Assembly: GCA_032718475.1 (NCBI GenBank)
Contig: JAUCBJ010001441.1
Span: 1-49,140, forward strand
Origin: Nemertoderma westbladi
Lineage: Eukaryota; Animalia; Xenacoelomorpha
Length of the DNA: 49,140 bases
Direction of reading: 5' to 3'
The position numbers and the translations under genes were made by a program. How positions within the stretch are numbered: the first letter of the stretch is position 1; every line of letters starts with the position of its first letter. Positions 22,190-36,134 of this stretch are shown here, one piece after another. The notes under the pieces are model-generated. The model did not search any database. It worked only from the letters and a program-made list of their open reading frames with translations, and was not told where the DNA came from.

Positions 22190-23172
22190 AGTATGAGAAA
22201 AGGGGAAAAGCCACCACCAATTTGGACTAAAGGTCAACTAAAGCCTCTCCCCAAGAAAGGAGACCTCGGCATACCAACAAACTATCGTGGGATCTGTCTG
22301 CTTGTGGTAGCTGCCAAAATATACAATAAAATGATTCTATATAGGATTAGGCCTCACATAGAGAAACTACTGCGTAAGAGCCAAAACGGATTTCGACCAA
22401 GTAGATCAACAATGGCTCAGATACTTGCACTACGGAGACTGATTGAAGGAATTAAGTCAAAGAATCTCCACGCTGTCATGACTTTTGAGGACTTCAAGAA
22501 GGCATTCGACTCCATCCATAGAGGTAAAATGCTTGAAATCCTAAGAGCTTATGGAATACCAGAAGTAATTGTTGCTGGCATTGGATTGTTATATTGTGAC
22601 ACAGAAGCGCAGGTACTCTCACCAGATGGTGAAACTGAGTTTTTCTCAATCCTGGCTGGCATACTGCAAGGTGACACATTAGCACCATTACTATTTGTAA
22701 TTGTGCTGGATTACGCAATGAGGACGGCCACAAAGGGTGAAGACCTGGGATTCACACTTCAAGAACGCAGAAGTAGTAGATATCCGGCAACTACAGTCAC
22801 AGACACTGACTTTGCGGATGACATCGCCCTGCTCTCTAATACCCTAGCAGATGCGCAGCTTCTACTAAATACAGTGGAGAGGGCTGCTAACGAGGTTGGA
22901 TTGCATATAAATGCTACAAAGACCGAATTCATGACCTTTAATGTCGATGGAAACTTGACAACCATTGATAATAATCAACTAAGGAAAGTCGATGACTTCC
23001 AGTACCTTGGATCATGGATAGAGAGTAGCAAAAAGGACATAGAAGTTAGGAAAGCAAAGGCTTGGGTAGCTGTATCAAAAATGGATACCATCTGGAAATC
23101 AGATCTCTCCAGGCACCTGAAGACTAAGTTCTTTCGAGCCACAGTGGAAAGTGTATTTTTATACGGGGGTGA
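22190..23172 (+). pseudogene. RTE-clade reverse transcriptase fragment (truncated at both ends; 21960-22190 may be its 5' UTR)
   Basis: PKKGDL, NYRGI, QNGFR, DFKKAFDSI, GILQGD, FADD, FQYLGS; its 3' part overlaps 8075-8250 almost identically. Confidence 0.9.
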
Positions 23173-23246
23173 GTATATAGTACAGTATATAGATATCATC
23201 TAGTGTATACAAACGTTTTTTTCATTACAAATGATTATTTTTATAG

Positions 23247-23397
23247 TGTTTACAGTGGCACATGGATCATCTATGATCTCGACTTTACAAGCTACTACAG
23301 TATTCTAACTGTTGGCGAGTATCCGGAACCAATAACGTTTACACGAGCTGATGGATATTTGGGAGACAAAGTATCATCAGTGGCTCTCCTCACAAAT
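23247..23397 (+). CDS. Internal exon of beta/gamma-crystallin-domain protein (Greek key)
   Basis: Acceptor tttttatag|, donor |gtaagg. AT+T restores Ile, giving ISSVIVYSGTWIIYDLDFTSYYSILTVGEYPEPITFTRADGYLGDKVSSV. Confidence 0.9.
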
Positions 23398-24687
23398 GTA
23401 AGGATAATTGTCAATAATAGTAATAATTGCCTTAATAGAACATCGTCATCATTCATCATTCATTTTATTCGCGCACTTGGTATAACATTAAATTAATAAT
23501 AACACCAAGACAGTGTACACAATACATGTTACCAATAATTTGTGCGAACATAAGCTATCTAAAAAATACACTAAAAATATCATAAAACCGTAAAATAATT
23601 ATATATATGCCGCTACATGTGTGTACGTATGCATTATAATATACAGTACTGAACCAATGTAACCAAACTAAAAAGCATAGCCTATTATACTAAATATTGA
23701 ATACTACTAAACTTTAATAAAGATAGATATTTACAACATTATGAATGCACTAATAACTACCGACAATGCTGTATGTACTGTAATATATATAAATACTGTA
23801 AATGTGACTAATAAACAACTAGTGTGCCCCTGCAGCAGTGGTGGGTCTATAATATACTGCAGCTTTATTGGCCCAAATAGTGCTCGAATTTGGGGTGTGC
23901 AGGTATCTCTGTGGTACTCGCCAGGAAAGTGATTCGCGGTTTGGGCCCAGCCAGTATTTACCGTGGTTCAGCGTCGAACAATGTCCACAAACTTCGAATG
24001 AGCCTGCTTGTATAATGCGGCTCTTATTGTTTCAGTAAGAATTAAGTAAGTCCATCAGTAAGACCATTTCTCGAAAACTGGATTCCGTCTAGGGCAAATG
24101 CGTTTTCCAAGATCATGTTATGCGAGGTGAATGCACTCCATGTTGGTATTATCGTTAGCCCCATCTCTCGACCGATATCACGCAGTAAGCACCACATTAT
24201 TTCCATTACCTTGTTGAGTTTAGATGTGTTGGTGACTTGCTATTTCACATAAGTACAAGTTTGTTAGCGAAAAAAGTTATTTACGATCTCGATAACGCAT
24301 TTGGACTTGGAGCCTTGGTGAAAGTAAGTCCGGAGTAGGAATGAACCTATGTAGAATGCATATTATCAAACCTTACGTGGATCGATGTAGTTAAACATCG
24401 ATGAACCGATTATAATAGTGGAAGAGTAATCATTTCTCCAACGTGGTGAAATCCGACAGTGATGACAGGCAGCTCCTGTTTGCGACATTCAGTACCATTA
24501 AAGGTCTATGGGTAAATTGACTATGGTGTTTTTATGGAGCTTGTGAATTATTTACTACAGTATATAGTAACAGTATATTTAAAATGTTTAAAACTGATTT
24601 TGTTTAAATATTTCATATGTATAGGGCCTACTGTATGTGTTGTTGGTTGGTTAAACAAGCCTAAATCATTATCGTATATAACAGCTG

Positions 24688-24795
24688 GATCTGATTCAGG
24701 GACACTTTGCTGAATTTAGGACCGAATTTGGGACCGAATGTCCATGACCGAATTGTCCTGACCGAATTGTCCGGGACCGAATTGTCCTACATCCA
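24688..24795. repeat. Short gaccgaattgtcc tandem array (5 copies) bounded by ggat...atcc; probable DNA-transposon terminal remnant
   Basis: Repeats at 24720-24788; no TSD seen. Confidence 0.6.
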
Positions 24796-27700
24796 TAAAA
24801 TATGGGTAAAACACTAGAGTCTTATACCCCACAAACTAACAATAAACATATGATCAGCACATTATGCCCAAAGTAGTGCACAGCTCTAGTAATCAAAAAA
24901 CAACACAAACAAGACAAACAAAAACGACATTAATTATCCCCATTCAATTATTCAATTACCACAGTATCTATAGGTGGGGTAGATGTGGGTGTAGGCCTAT
25001 CCTGTGTCTTCAGGTGAGGGGGTGGGTTTAGACCTAACTGCACTGGTATCTGGGGACAAAAGCCTATTGGTACCTGTAATGCTACCATTATCCTCGTTAT
25101 AGTCACCTTGTGTCACTGCAAAGTCTTTCACTTTTACAGACCCACTTGTGTATGCTTGTTGCAGGGTCCTCAACAGCAATGTCAAGAGTTTCTGGAGGAG
25201 AGGCATTTGGTGTGAAGTATAATAAACCCGTCCGATGGTAGGCCCTCCTGTCCACTTGCTACCACCGGTACATCCTTAGGGCCTAGAACCACGGTATCAT
25301 CTGCGTCTGGTAATCTGTTTCTTGATGATCGCCGCCATAATGAACTGTAGTTGAGATAGGCGCCCCTGTAAATCTTTTTTCGATTGTTCCTCTAACATGT
25401 CGATATCCAGGGAAGTGCTTATAACCTCTATGACCCAGAGATAGCAACAGCCGAGTTGCTCGCAGAACCTAATTCGGATAAGAAACAAATAATGTTTTGC
25501 GTTGGTAATTGTTCCATTGTCGCAATCGAAAACTTTAAAGGATATCATTGATGTAATGAATATTGTCCTCTTTTGAAGCTTACTCCTTTTGATATAAGAT
25601 TTAATTGACTCAAGCTACCAAGCGCTAATGTAGGAAACTGATTTTATGAATAACACTTAATTGTTTTTTTCATTAATGTACAAAACTGATGTTATAAATA
25701 ATGCTTAATTGTTTTTTCATTAATGTACGAAACTGATTTTATGAATAATGCTTAATTGTTTTTTCATTAATGTACGAAACTGATTTTATGAATAATGCTT
25801 AATTGTTTTTTCATTAATGTACAAAACTGATTTTATGAATAATGCTTAATTGTTTTTTCATTAATGTACAAAACTGATTTTATGAATAATGCTTAATTGT
25901 TTTTTTTATTAATGTAGGAAACTGATGTTATGAATAATGCTTAATTGTTTTTTTATTAATGTAGGAAACTGATTTTATGAATAATGCTTAATTGTTTTTT
26001 TCATTAATGCACGAAACTGATTTTATGAATAATGCTTAATTGTTTTTTCATTAATGTACAAAACTGATTTTATGAATAATGCTTAATTGTTTTTTTATTA
26101 ATGTATGAAACTGATGTTATAAATAATGCTTAATTGTTTTTTCATTAATGTACGAAACTGATTTTATGAATAATGCTTAATTGTTTTTTTTATTAATGTA
26201 GGAAACTGATGTTATGAATAATGCTTAATTGTTTTTTTATTAATGTAGGAAACTGATTTTATGAATAATGCTTAATTGTTTTTTCATTAATGTACAAAAC
26301 TGATTTTATGAATAACGCTTAATTGTTTTTTTATTAATGTATGAAACTGATGTTATAAATAATGCTTAATTGTTTTTTCATTAATGTACGAAACTGATTT
26401 TATGAATAATGCTTAATTGTTTTTTTTATTAATGTAGGAAACTGATGTTATGAATAATGCTTAATTGTTTTTTTATTAATGTAGGAAACTGATTTTATGA
26501 ATAATGCTTAATTGTTTTTTTCATTAATGCACGAAACTGATTTTATGAATAATGCTTAATTGTTTTTTCATTAATGTACAAAACTGATTTTATGAATAAT
26601 GCTTAATTGTTTTTTTATTAATGTATGAAACTGATGTTATAAATAATGCTTAATTGTTTTTTCATTAATGTACGAAACTGATTTTATGAATAATGCTTAA
26701 TTGTTTTTTTTATTAATGTAGGAAACTGATGTTATGAATAATGCTTAATTGTTTTTTTATTAATGTAGGAAACTGATTTTATGAATAATGCTTAATTGTT
26801 TTTTCATTAATGTACAAAACTGATTTTATGAATAACGCTTAATTGTTTTTTTATTAATGTATGAAACTGATGTTATAAATAATGCTTAATTGTTTTTTCA
26901 TTAATGTACAAAACTGATTTTATGAATAATGCTTAATTGTTTTTTTCATTAATGTACAAAACTGATTTTATGAATAACGCTTAATTGTTTTTTTATTAAT
27001 GTATGAAACTGATGTTATAAATAATGCTTAATTGTTTTTTCATTAATGTACGAAACTGATTTTATGAATAATGCTTAATTGTTTTTTTTATTAATGTAGG
27101 AAACTGATGTTATGAATAATGCTTAATTGTTTTTTCATTAATGTACAAAACTGATTTTATGAATAACGCTTAATTGTTTTTCATTAATGTACAAAACTGA
27201 TTTTATGAATAATGCTTAATTGTTTTTTTATTAATGTAGGAAACTGATTTTATGAATAATGCTTAATTGTTTTTTTATTAATGTACGAAACTGATTTTAT
27301 GAATAATGCTTAATTGTTTTTTTATTAATGTAGGAAACTGATTTTATGAATAATGCTTAATTGTTTTTTTATTAATGTATGAAACTGATGTTATAAATAA
27401 TGCTTAATTGTTTTTTCATTAATGTACGAAACTGATTTTATGAATAATGCTTAATTGTTTTTTTTATTAATGTAGGAAACTGATGTTATGAATAATGCTT
27501 AATTGTTTTTTCATTAATGTACAAAACTGATGTTATGAATAATGCTTAATTGTTTTTTCATTAATGTACAAAACTGATGTTATGAATAATGCTTAATTGT
27601 TTTTTTATTAATGTAGGAAACTGATTTTATGAATAATGCTTAATTGTTTTTTTATTAATGTACGAAACTGATTTTATGAATAATGCTTAATTGTTTTTTT

Positions 27701-30700
27701 ATTAATGTAGGAAACTGATTTTATGAATAATGCTTAATTGTTTTTTTATTAATGTATGAAACTGATGTTATAAATAATGCTTAATTGTTTTTTCATTAAT
27801 GTACGAAACTGATTTTATGAATAATGCTTAATTGTTTTTTTTATTAATGTAGGAAACTGATGTTATGAATAATGCTTAATTGTTTTTTCATTAATGTACG
27901 AAACTGATTTTATGAATAATGCTTAATTGTTTTTTTATTAATGTACGAAACTGATTTTATGAATAATGCTTAATTGTTTTTTTATTAATGTATGAAACTG
28001 ATGTTATAAATAATGCTTAATTGTTTTTTCATTAATGTACGAAACTGATTTTATGAATAATGCTTAATTGTTTTTTTATTAATGTACGAAACTGATTTTA
28101 TGAATAATGCTTAATTGTTTTTTTATTAATGTATGAAACTGATGTTATAAATAATGCTTAATTGTTTTTTCATTAATGTACGAAACTGATTTTATGAATA
28201 ATGCTTAATTGTTTTTTTTATTAATGTAGGAAACTGATGTTATGAATAATGCTTAATTGTTTTTTCATTAATGTACGAAACTGATTTTATGAATAATGCT
28301 TAATTGTTTTTTTTATTAATGTAGGAAACTGATGTTATGAATAATGCTTAATTGTTTTTTCATTAATGTACAAAACTGATGTTATGAATAATGCTTAATT
28401 GTTTTTTTTATTAATGTACAAAACTGATTTTATGAATAACGCTTAATTGTTTTTTTATTAATGTATGAAACTGATGTTATAAATAATGCTTAATTGTTTT
28501 TTCATTAATGTACGAAACTGATTTTATGAATAATGCTTAATTGTTTTTTTTATTAATGTAGGAAACTGATGTTATGAATAATGCTTAATTGTTTTTTCAT
28601 TAATGTACGAAACTGATTTTATGAATAATGCTTAATTGTTTTTTTATTAATGTACGAAACTGATTTTATGAATAATGCTTAATTGTTTTTTTATTAATGT
28701 ATGAAACTGATGTTATAAATAATGCTTAATTGTTTTTTCATTAATGTACGAAACTGATTTTATGAATAATGCTTAATTGTTTTTTTATTAATGTACGAAA
28801 CTGATTTTATGAATAATGCTTAATTGTTTTTTTATTAATGTATGAAACTGATGTTATAAATAATGCTTAATTGTTTTTTCATTAATGTACGAAACTGATT
28901 TTATGAATAACGCGTAATTGTTTTTTTTATTAATGTAGGAAACTGATGTTATGAATAATGCTTAATTGTTTTTTCATTAATGTACGAAACTGATTTTATG
29001 AATAATGCTTAATTGTTTTTTTTATTAATGTACAAAACTGATTTTATGAATAACGCTTAATTGTTTTTTTATTAATGTAGGAAACTGATTTTATGAATAA
29101 TGCTTAATTGTTTTTTTTATTAATGTAGGAAACTGATGTTATGAATAATGCTTAATTGTTTTTTCATTAATGTACGAAACTGATTTTATGAATAATGCTT
29201 AATTGTTTTTTTTATTAATGTAGGAAACTGATGTTATGAATAATGCTTAATTGTTTTTTCATTAATGTACAAAACTGATGTTATGAATAATGCTTAATTG
29301 TTTTTTTTATTAATGTACAAAACTGATTTTATGAATAACGCTTAATTGTTTTTTTATTAATGTATGAAACTGATGTTATAAATAATGCTTAATTGTTTTT
29401 TCATTAATGTACGAAACTGATTTTATGAATAATGCTTAATTGTTTTTTTTATTAATGTAGGAAACTGATGTTATGAATAATGCTTAATTGTTTTTTCATT
29501 AATGTACAAAACTGATTTTATGAATAACGCTTAATTGTTTTTCATTAATGTACAAAACTGATTTTATGAATAATGCTTAATTGTTTTTTTATTAATGTAG
29601 GAAACTGATTTTATGAATAATGCTTAATTGTTTTTTTATTAATGTACGAAACTGATTTTATGAATAATGCTTAATTGTTTTTTTATTAATGTAGGAAACT
29701 GATTTTATGAATAATGCTTAATTGTTTTTTTCATTAATGTACAAAACTGATGTTATAAATAATGCTTAATTGTTTTTTTATTAATGTAGGAAACTGATTT
29801 TATGAATAATGCTTAATTGTTTTTTTATTAATGTACGAAACTGATTTTATGAATAATGCTTAATTGTTTTTTTATTAATGTACGAAACTGATTTTATGAA
29901 TAATGCTTAATTGTTTTTTCATTAATGCACGAAACTGATTTTATGAATAATGCTTAATTGTTTTTTCATTAATGTACAAAACTGATTTTATGAATAACGC
30001 TTAATTGTTTTTTTCATTAATGTACAAAACTGATGTTATAAATAATGCTTAATTGTTTTTTCATTAATGTACAAAACTGATTTTATGAATAACGCTTAAT
30101 TGTTTTTCATTAATGTACAAAACTGATTTTATGAATAATGCTTAATTGTTTTTTTATTAATGTAGGAAACTGATTTTATGAATAATGCTTAATTGTTTTT
30201 TTATTAATGTACGAAACTGATTTTATGAATAATGCTTAATTGTTTTTTCATTAATGCACGAAACTGATTTTATGAATAATGCTTAATTGTTTTTTCATTA
30301 ATGTACAAAACTGATTTTATGAATAACGCTTAATTGTTTTTTTCATTAATGTACAAAACTGATGTTATAAATAATGCTTAATTGTTTTTTCATTAATGTA
30401 CAAAACTGATTTTATGAATAATGCTTAATTGTTTTTTTATTAATGTATGAAACTGATGTTATGAATAATGCTTAATTGTTTTTCATTAATGTACGAAACT
30501 GATTTTATGAATAATGCTTAATTGTTTTTTCATTAATGTACGAAACTGATTTTATGAATAATGCTTAATTGTTTTTTTTATTAATGTACGAAACTGATTT
30601 TATGAATAATGCTTAATTGTTTTTTCATTAATGTACAAAACTGATTTTATGAATAATGCTTAATTGTTTTTTTTATTAATGTAGGAAACTGATTTTATGA

Positions 30701-30775
30701 ATAATGCTTAATTGTTTTTTTTATTAATGTAGGAAACTGATGTTATGAATAATGCTTAATTGTTTTTTTCATTAA

Positions 30776-31486
30776 GGGGGGGGTACACCATTTTGGTCCA
30801 AAATATGTCGAAATTTTTTTTATGGTCTATTATAATGCACCATTGAATGGTGTTTCCAAATCTGAAAACCGCTATTTAATAGCTCTTTAAGTTTTCAAGT
30901 TATGTAAATTTCCATTTAGGGAATCCTATTGAAATTACTATTACTATGTATAATGAAAGGTCGATTATCTCCAAATATTTTTTTTATGAAATTGTCAACT
31001 TCAAAACCCTACTACTTCTACAATTTTTGAGTAATTCGTCTGAAACTTCCTGTGGGTGTCTAGATAGCCACCCTGCATATAAGTATCAGGCAACTTTTCG
31101 GAATTTTTTGTTAATAAAATTTAATACTATTTATAAAAAACCTAAAAATTAGCATAAATTTGCAGCGCCACCTAGCGGTGCAGAATTATTTTAACAAAAT
31201 TTCGCCTGAAAGTTATGTTGCCCCATCTTTGATCTATCATATAAAAAAACTTTCATGTGATTAGAATCAAAACTGTAAAAGCCTTAGGGTTTTAAGCGCA
31301 ACCAAGTTTTTTTTATTGTTAACTAGTATTAACTAATATTAAATAGCGGAAAATTTTTTTTTTCTGACCTGTCATGTAGAATAGCATCTTAGGCACCTAT
31401 ATGCCAAATTTTAGCCAAAACCAAACAATTTTGAAATGCTGAGAGTGATAAATGGAAGAGTTGTCCGAAAATGGTGTACCCCCCCC
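30776..31486 (+). mobile_element. 711-bp MITE with TTAA TSD and GGGGGGGGTACACCATTTT TIR (Kolobok-like RR...YY termini)
   Basis: ttaa|ggggggggtacaccatttt ... aaaatggtgtacccccccc|ttaa. Confidence 0.92.
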
Positions 31487-31711
31487 TTAATGTACAAAAC
31501 TGATTTTATGAATAATGCTTAATTGTTTTTTTATTAATGTAGGAAACTGATTTTATGAATAATGCTTAATTGTTTTTTTATTAATGTAGGAAACTGATTT
31601 TATGAATAATGCTTAATTGTTTTTTCATTAATGTACAAAACTGATGTTATGAATAATGCTTAATTGTTTTTTTCATTAATGTACGAAACTGATTTTATGA
31701 ATAATGCTTAA

Positions 31712-32422
31712 GGGGGGGGTACACCATTTTCGGACAACTCTTCGATTTATCACTCTCAGCGTTTCAAAATTGTTTGGTTTTGGCTATAATTTGGAATATA
31801 GGTGCCTAAGATGCTATTCTACATGACAGGTTAGAAAATTTTTATATTTCGCTATTTAATATTAGTTAATACTAGTTAACAACAAAAAAAACTTGGTTGC
31901 GCTTAAAACCCTAAGGCTTTTACAGTTTTGAATCTTATCACATGAAAGTTTTTTTATATGATAGATCAAAGATGGGGCAACATAACTATCAGGTGAAATT
32001 TTGTGAAAATAATTCTACACCGCTAGGTGGCGCTGCAAATTTATGCCTAATTTTTAGGTTTGTTATAAATAGTATTAAATTTTATTAACAAATAATTTCG
32101 AAAAGTTGTCTGATACTTTTATGCAGGGTGGCTATGTAGACAACCACAGAAAGTTGCAGACTAATTCCTCAAAAATTGTAAAAGTAGTAGGGTTTTGAAG
32201 TTGACAATTTCATAAAAAAAATATTTGGAAATAATCGACCTTTCATTATACATAGTAATAGTAATTTCAATAGGAATCCCTAAATGGAAATTGTTATAAC
32301 TTAAAAACTAAAAGAGCTATTAAATTGCGGTTTTCAGATTTGGAAACACAATTCAATGGTGCATTATAATAGATCATAAAAAAATTTTGACATATTTTTG
32401 ACCAAAATGGTGTACCCCCCCC
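31712..32422 (-). mobile_element. Second copy of the same MITE in inverted orientation
   Basis: Same TIRs and TTAA TSD; reverse complement of 30776-31486 with many substitutions. Confidence 0.92.
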
Positions 32423-35400
32423 TTAATTGTTTTTTTTATTAATGTACGAAACTGATTTTATGAATAATGCTTAATTGTTTTTTCATTAATGTACAAAACT
32501 GATGTTATGAATAATGCTTAATTGTTTTTTTATTAATGTAGGAAACTGATTTTATGAATAATGCTTAATTGTTTTTTTATTAATGTAGGAAACTGATTTT
32601 ATGAATAATGCTTAATTGTTTTTTTATTAATGTAGGAAACTGATTTTATGAATAATGCTTAATTGTTTTTTCATTAATGTACAAAACTGATGTTATGAAT
32701 AATGCTTAATTGTTTTTTTCATTAATGTACAAAACTGATTTTATGAATAACGCTTAATTGTTTTTTTCATTAATGTACAAAACTGATGTTATGAATAATG
32801 CTTAATTGTTTTTTTCATTAATGTACAAAACTGATGTTATGAATAATGCTTAATTGTTTTTTTCATTAATGTACAAAACTGATTTTATGAATAATGCTTA
32901 ATTGTTTTTTTATTAATGTAGGAAACTGATTTTATGAATAATGCTTAATTGTTTTTTTATTAATGTAGGAAACTGATTTTATGAATAATGCTTAATTGTT
33001 TTTTCATTAATGTACAAAACTGATGTTATGAATAATGCTTAATTGTTTTTTTCATTAATGTACGAAACTGATTTTATGAATAATGCTTAATTGTTTTTTC
33101 ATTAATGTACAAAACTGATGTTATGAATAATGCTTAATTGTTTTTTTATTAATGTAGGAAACTGATTTTATGAATAATGCTTAATTGTTTTTTTATTAAT
33201 GTAGGAAACTGATTTTATGAATAATGCTTAATTGTTTTTTTATTAATGTAGGAAACTGATTTTATGAATAATGCTTAATTGTTTTTTCATTAATGTACAA
33301 AACTGATGTTATGAATAATGCTTAATTGTTTTTTTCATTAATGTACAAAACTGATTTTATGAATAACGCTTAATTGTTTTTTTCATTAATGTACAAAACT
33401 GATGTTATAAATAATGCTTAATTGTTTTTTTATTAATGTAGGAAACTGATTTTATGAATAATGCTTAATTGTTTTTTCATTAATGCACGAAACTGATTTT
33501 ATGAATAATGCTTAATTGTTTTTTCATTAATGTACAAAACTGATTTTATGAATAACGCGTAATTGTTTTTTTCATTAATGTACAAAACTGATGTTATAAA
33601 TAATGCTTAATTGTTTTTTCATTAATGTACAAAACTGATTTTATGAATAATGCTTAATTGTTTTTTTATTAATGTATGAAACTGATGTTATGAATAATGC
33701 TTAATTGTTTTTCATTAATGTACGAAACTGATTTTATGAATAATGCTTAATTGTTTTTTCATTAATGTACGAAACTGATTTTATGAATAATGCTTAATTG
33801 TTTTTTTTATTAATGTACGAAACTGATTTTATGAATAATGCTTAATTGTTTTTTCATTAATGTACAAAACTGATTTTATGAATAATGCTTAATTGTTTTT
33901 TTTATTAATGTAGGAAACTGATTTTATGAATAATGCTTAATTGTTTTTTTTATTAATGTAGGAAACTGATGTTATGAATAATGCTTAATTGTTTTTTTCA
34001 TTAATGTACAAAACTGATTTTATGAATAATGCTTAATTGTTTTTTTATTAATGTAGGAAACTGATTTTATGAATAATGCTTAATTGTTTTTTTATTAATG
34101 TAGGAAACTGATTTTATGAATAATGCTTAATTGTTTTTTCATTAATGTACAAAACTGATGTTATGAATAATGCTTAATTGTTTTTTTCATTAATGTACGA
34201 AACTGATTTTATGAATAATGCTTAATTGTTTTTTTTATTAATGTACGAAACTGATTTTATGAATAATGCTTAATTGTTTTATCATTAATGTACAAAACTG
34301 ATTTTATGAATAATGCTTAATTGTTTTTTTTATTAATGTAGGAAACTGATGTTATGAATAATGCTTAATTGTTTTTTCATTAATGTAGGAAACTGATTTT
34401 ATGAATAATGCTTAATTGTTTTTTTCATTAATGTACGAAACTGATTTTATGAATAATGCTTAATTGTTTTTTTATTAATGTAGGAAACTGATTTTATGAA
34501 TAATGCTTAATTGTTTTTTTATTAATGTAGGAAACTGATTTTATGAATAATGCTTAATTGTTTTTTTCATTAATGTACGAAACTGATTTTATGAATAATG
34601 CTTAATTGTTTTTTTATTAATGTAGGAAACTGATTTTATGAATAATGCTTAATTGTTTTTTTATTAATGTAGGAAACTGATTTTATGAATAATGCTTAAT
34701 TGTTTTTTTATTAATGTAGGAAACTGATTTTATGAATAATGCTTAATTGTTTTTTTATTAATGTAGGAAACTGATTTTATGAATAATGCTTAATTGTTTT
34801 TTTATTAATGTAGGAAACTGATTTTATGAATAATGCTTAATTGTTTTTTTATTAATGTACGAAACTGATTTTATGAATAATGCTTAATTGTTTTTTTGTT
34901 AATGTAGGAAACTGATTTTATGAATAATGCTTAATTGTTTTTTTATTAATGTAGGAAACTGATTTTATGAATAATGCTTAATTGTTTTTTTATTAATGTA
35001 GGAAACTGATTTTATGAATAATGCTTAATTGTTTTTTTATTAATGTAGGAAACTGATTTTATGAATAATGCTTAATTGTTTTTTTATTAATGTAGGAAAC
35101 TGATTTTATGAATAATGCTTAATTGTTTTTTTATTAATGTAGGAAACTGATTTTATGAATAATGCTTAATTGTTTTTTTATTAATGTAGGAAACTGATTT
35201 TATGAATAATGCTTAATTGTTTTTTCATTAATGTACAAAACTGATTTTATGAATAATGCTTAATTGTTTTTTTCATTAATGTACGAAACTGATTTTATGA
35301 ATAATGCTTAATTGTTTTTTTATTAATGTAGGAAACTGATTTTATGAATAATGCTTAATTGTTTTTTTATTAATGTAGGAAACTGATTTTATGAATAATG

Positions 35401-36134
35401 CTTAATTGTTTTTTTCATTAATGTACGAAACTGATTTTATGAATAATGCTTAATTGTTTTTTTATTAATGTAGGAAACTGATTTTATGAATAATGCTTAA
35501 TTGTTTTTTTATTAATGTAGGAAACTGATTTTATGAATAATGCTTAATTGTTTTTTTATTAATGTAGGAAACTGATTTTATAATTAATGCTTAATTGTTT
35601 TTTTTATTAATGTAGGAAACTGATGTTATGAATAATGCTTAATTGTTTTTTTCATTAATGTACAAAACTGATTTTATGAATAATGCTTAATTGTTTTTTT
35701 CATTAATGTACGAAACTGATTTTATGAATAATGCTTAATTGTTTTTTTATTAATGTAGGAAACTGATTTTATGAATAATGCTTAATTGTTTTTTCATTAA
35801 TGTACAAAACTGATGTTATGAATAATGCTTAATTGTTTTTTTCATTAATGTAGGAAACTGATTTTATGAATAATGCTTAATTGTTTTTTTCATTAATGTA
35901 CGAAACTGATTTTATGAATAATGCTTCATTGTTTTTTCATTAATGTACAAAACTGATGTTATAAATAATGCTTAAATGTTTTTTTATTAATGTAGGAAAC
36001 TGATTTTATGAATAATTGTTAGCTTATCCAATTCCGCTAACACAAACCCATAGAGTGAGCCATAAAGCAATATTGGGAGCCTATTGTCAGCCCAGTAAAC
36101 GGGGACAATAGGCCCCAAAGGAGACACACACAAT

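Larger units (their letters stand above)
25626..36016. repeat. AT-rich ~47-bp satellite array (left block)
   Basis: Unit aatgta(cg/ca/gg/tg)aaactgat(t/g)ttatgaataatgcttaattg(t)n(c/t)att; 46-48 bp; two TTAA per unit. Confidence 0.99.

Noticed and set aside
23820-24520. GC-richer stretch with a possible decayed transposase peptide (WCLLR...IPTWSAF, minus strand)
   Set aside because: Too short and interrupted to assign.
24600-25560. Possible next crystallin exon or short ORFs
   Set aside because: No Greek-key pattern in any frame with suitable splice sites.
25626-36016. CRISPR-like regular repeat array
   Set aside because: There are no unique spacers, monomers are contiguous and the context is eukaryotic; this is a satellite.
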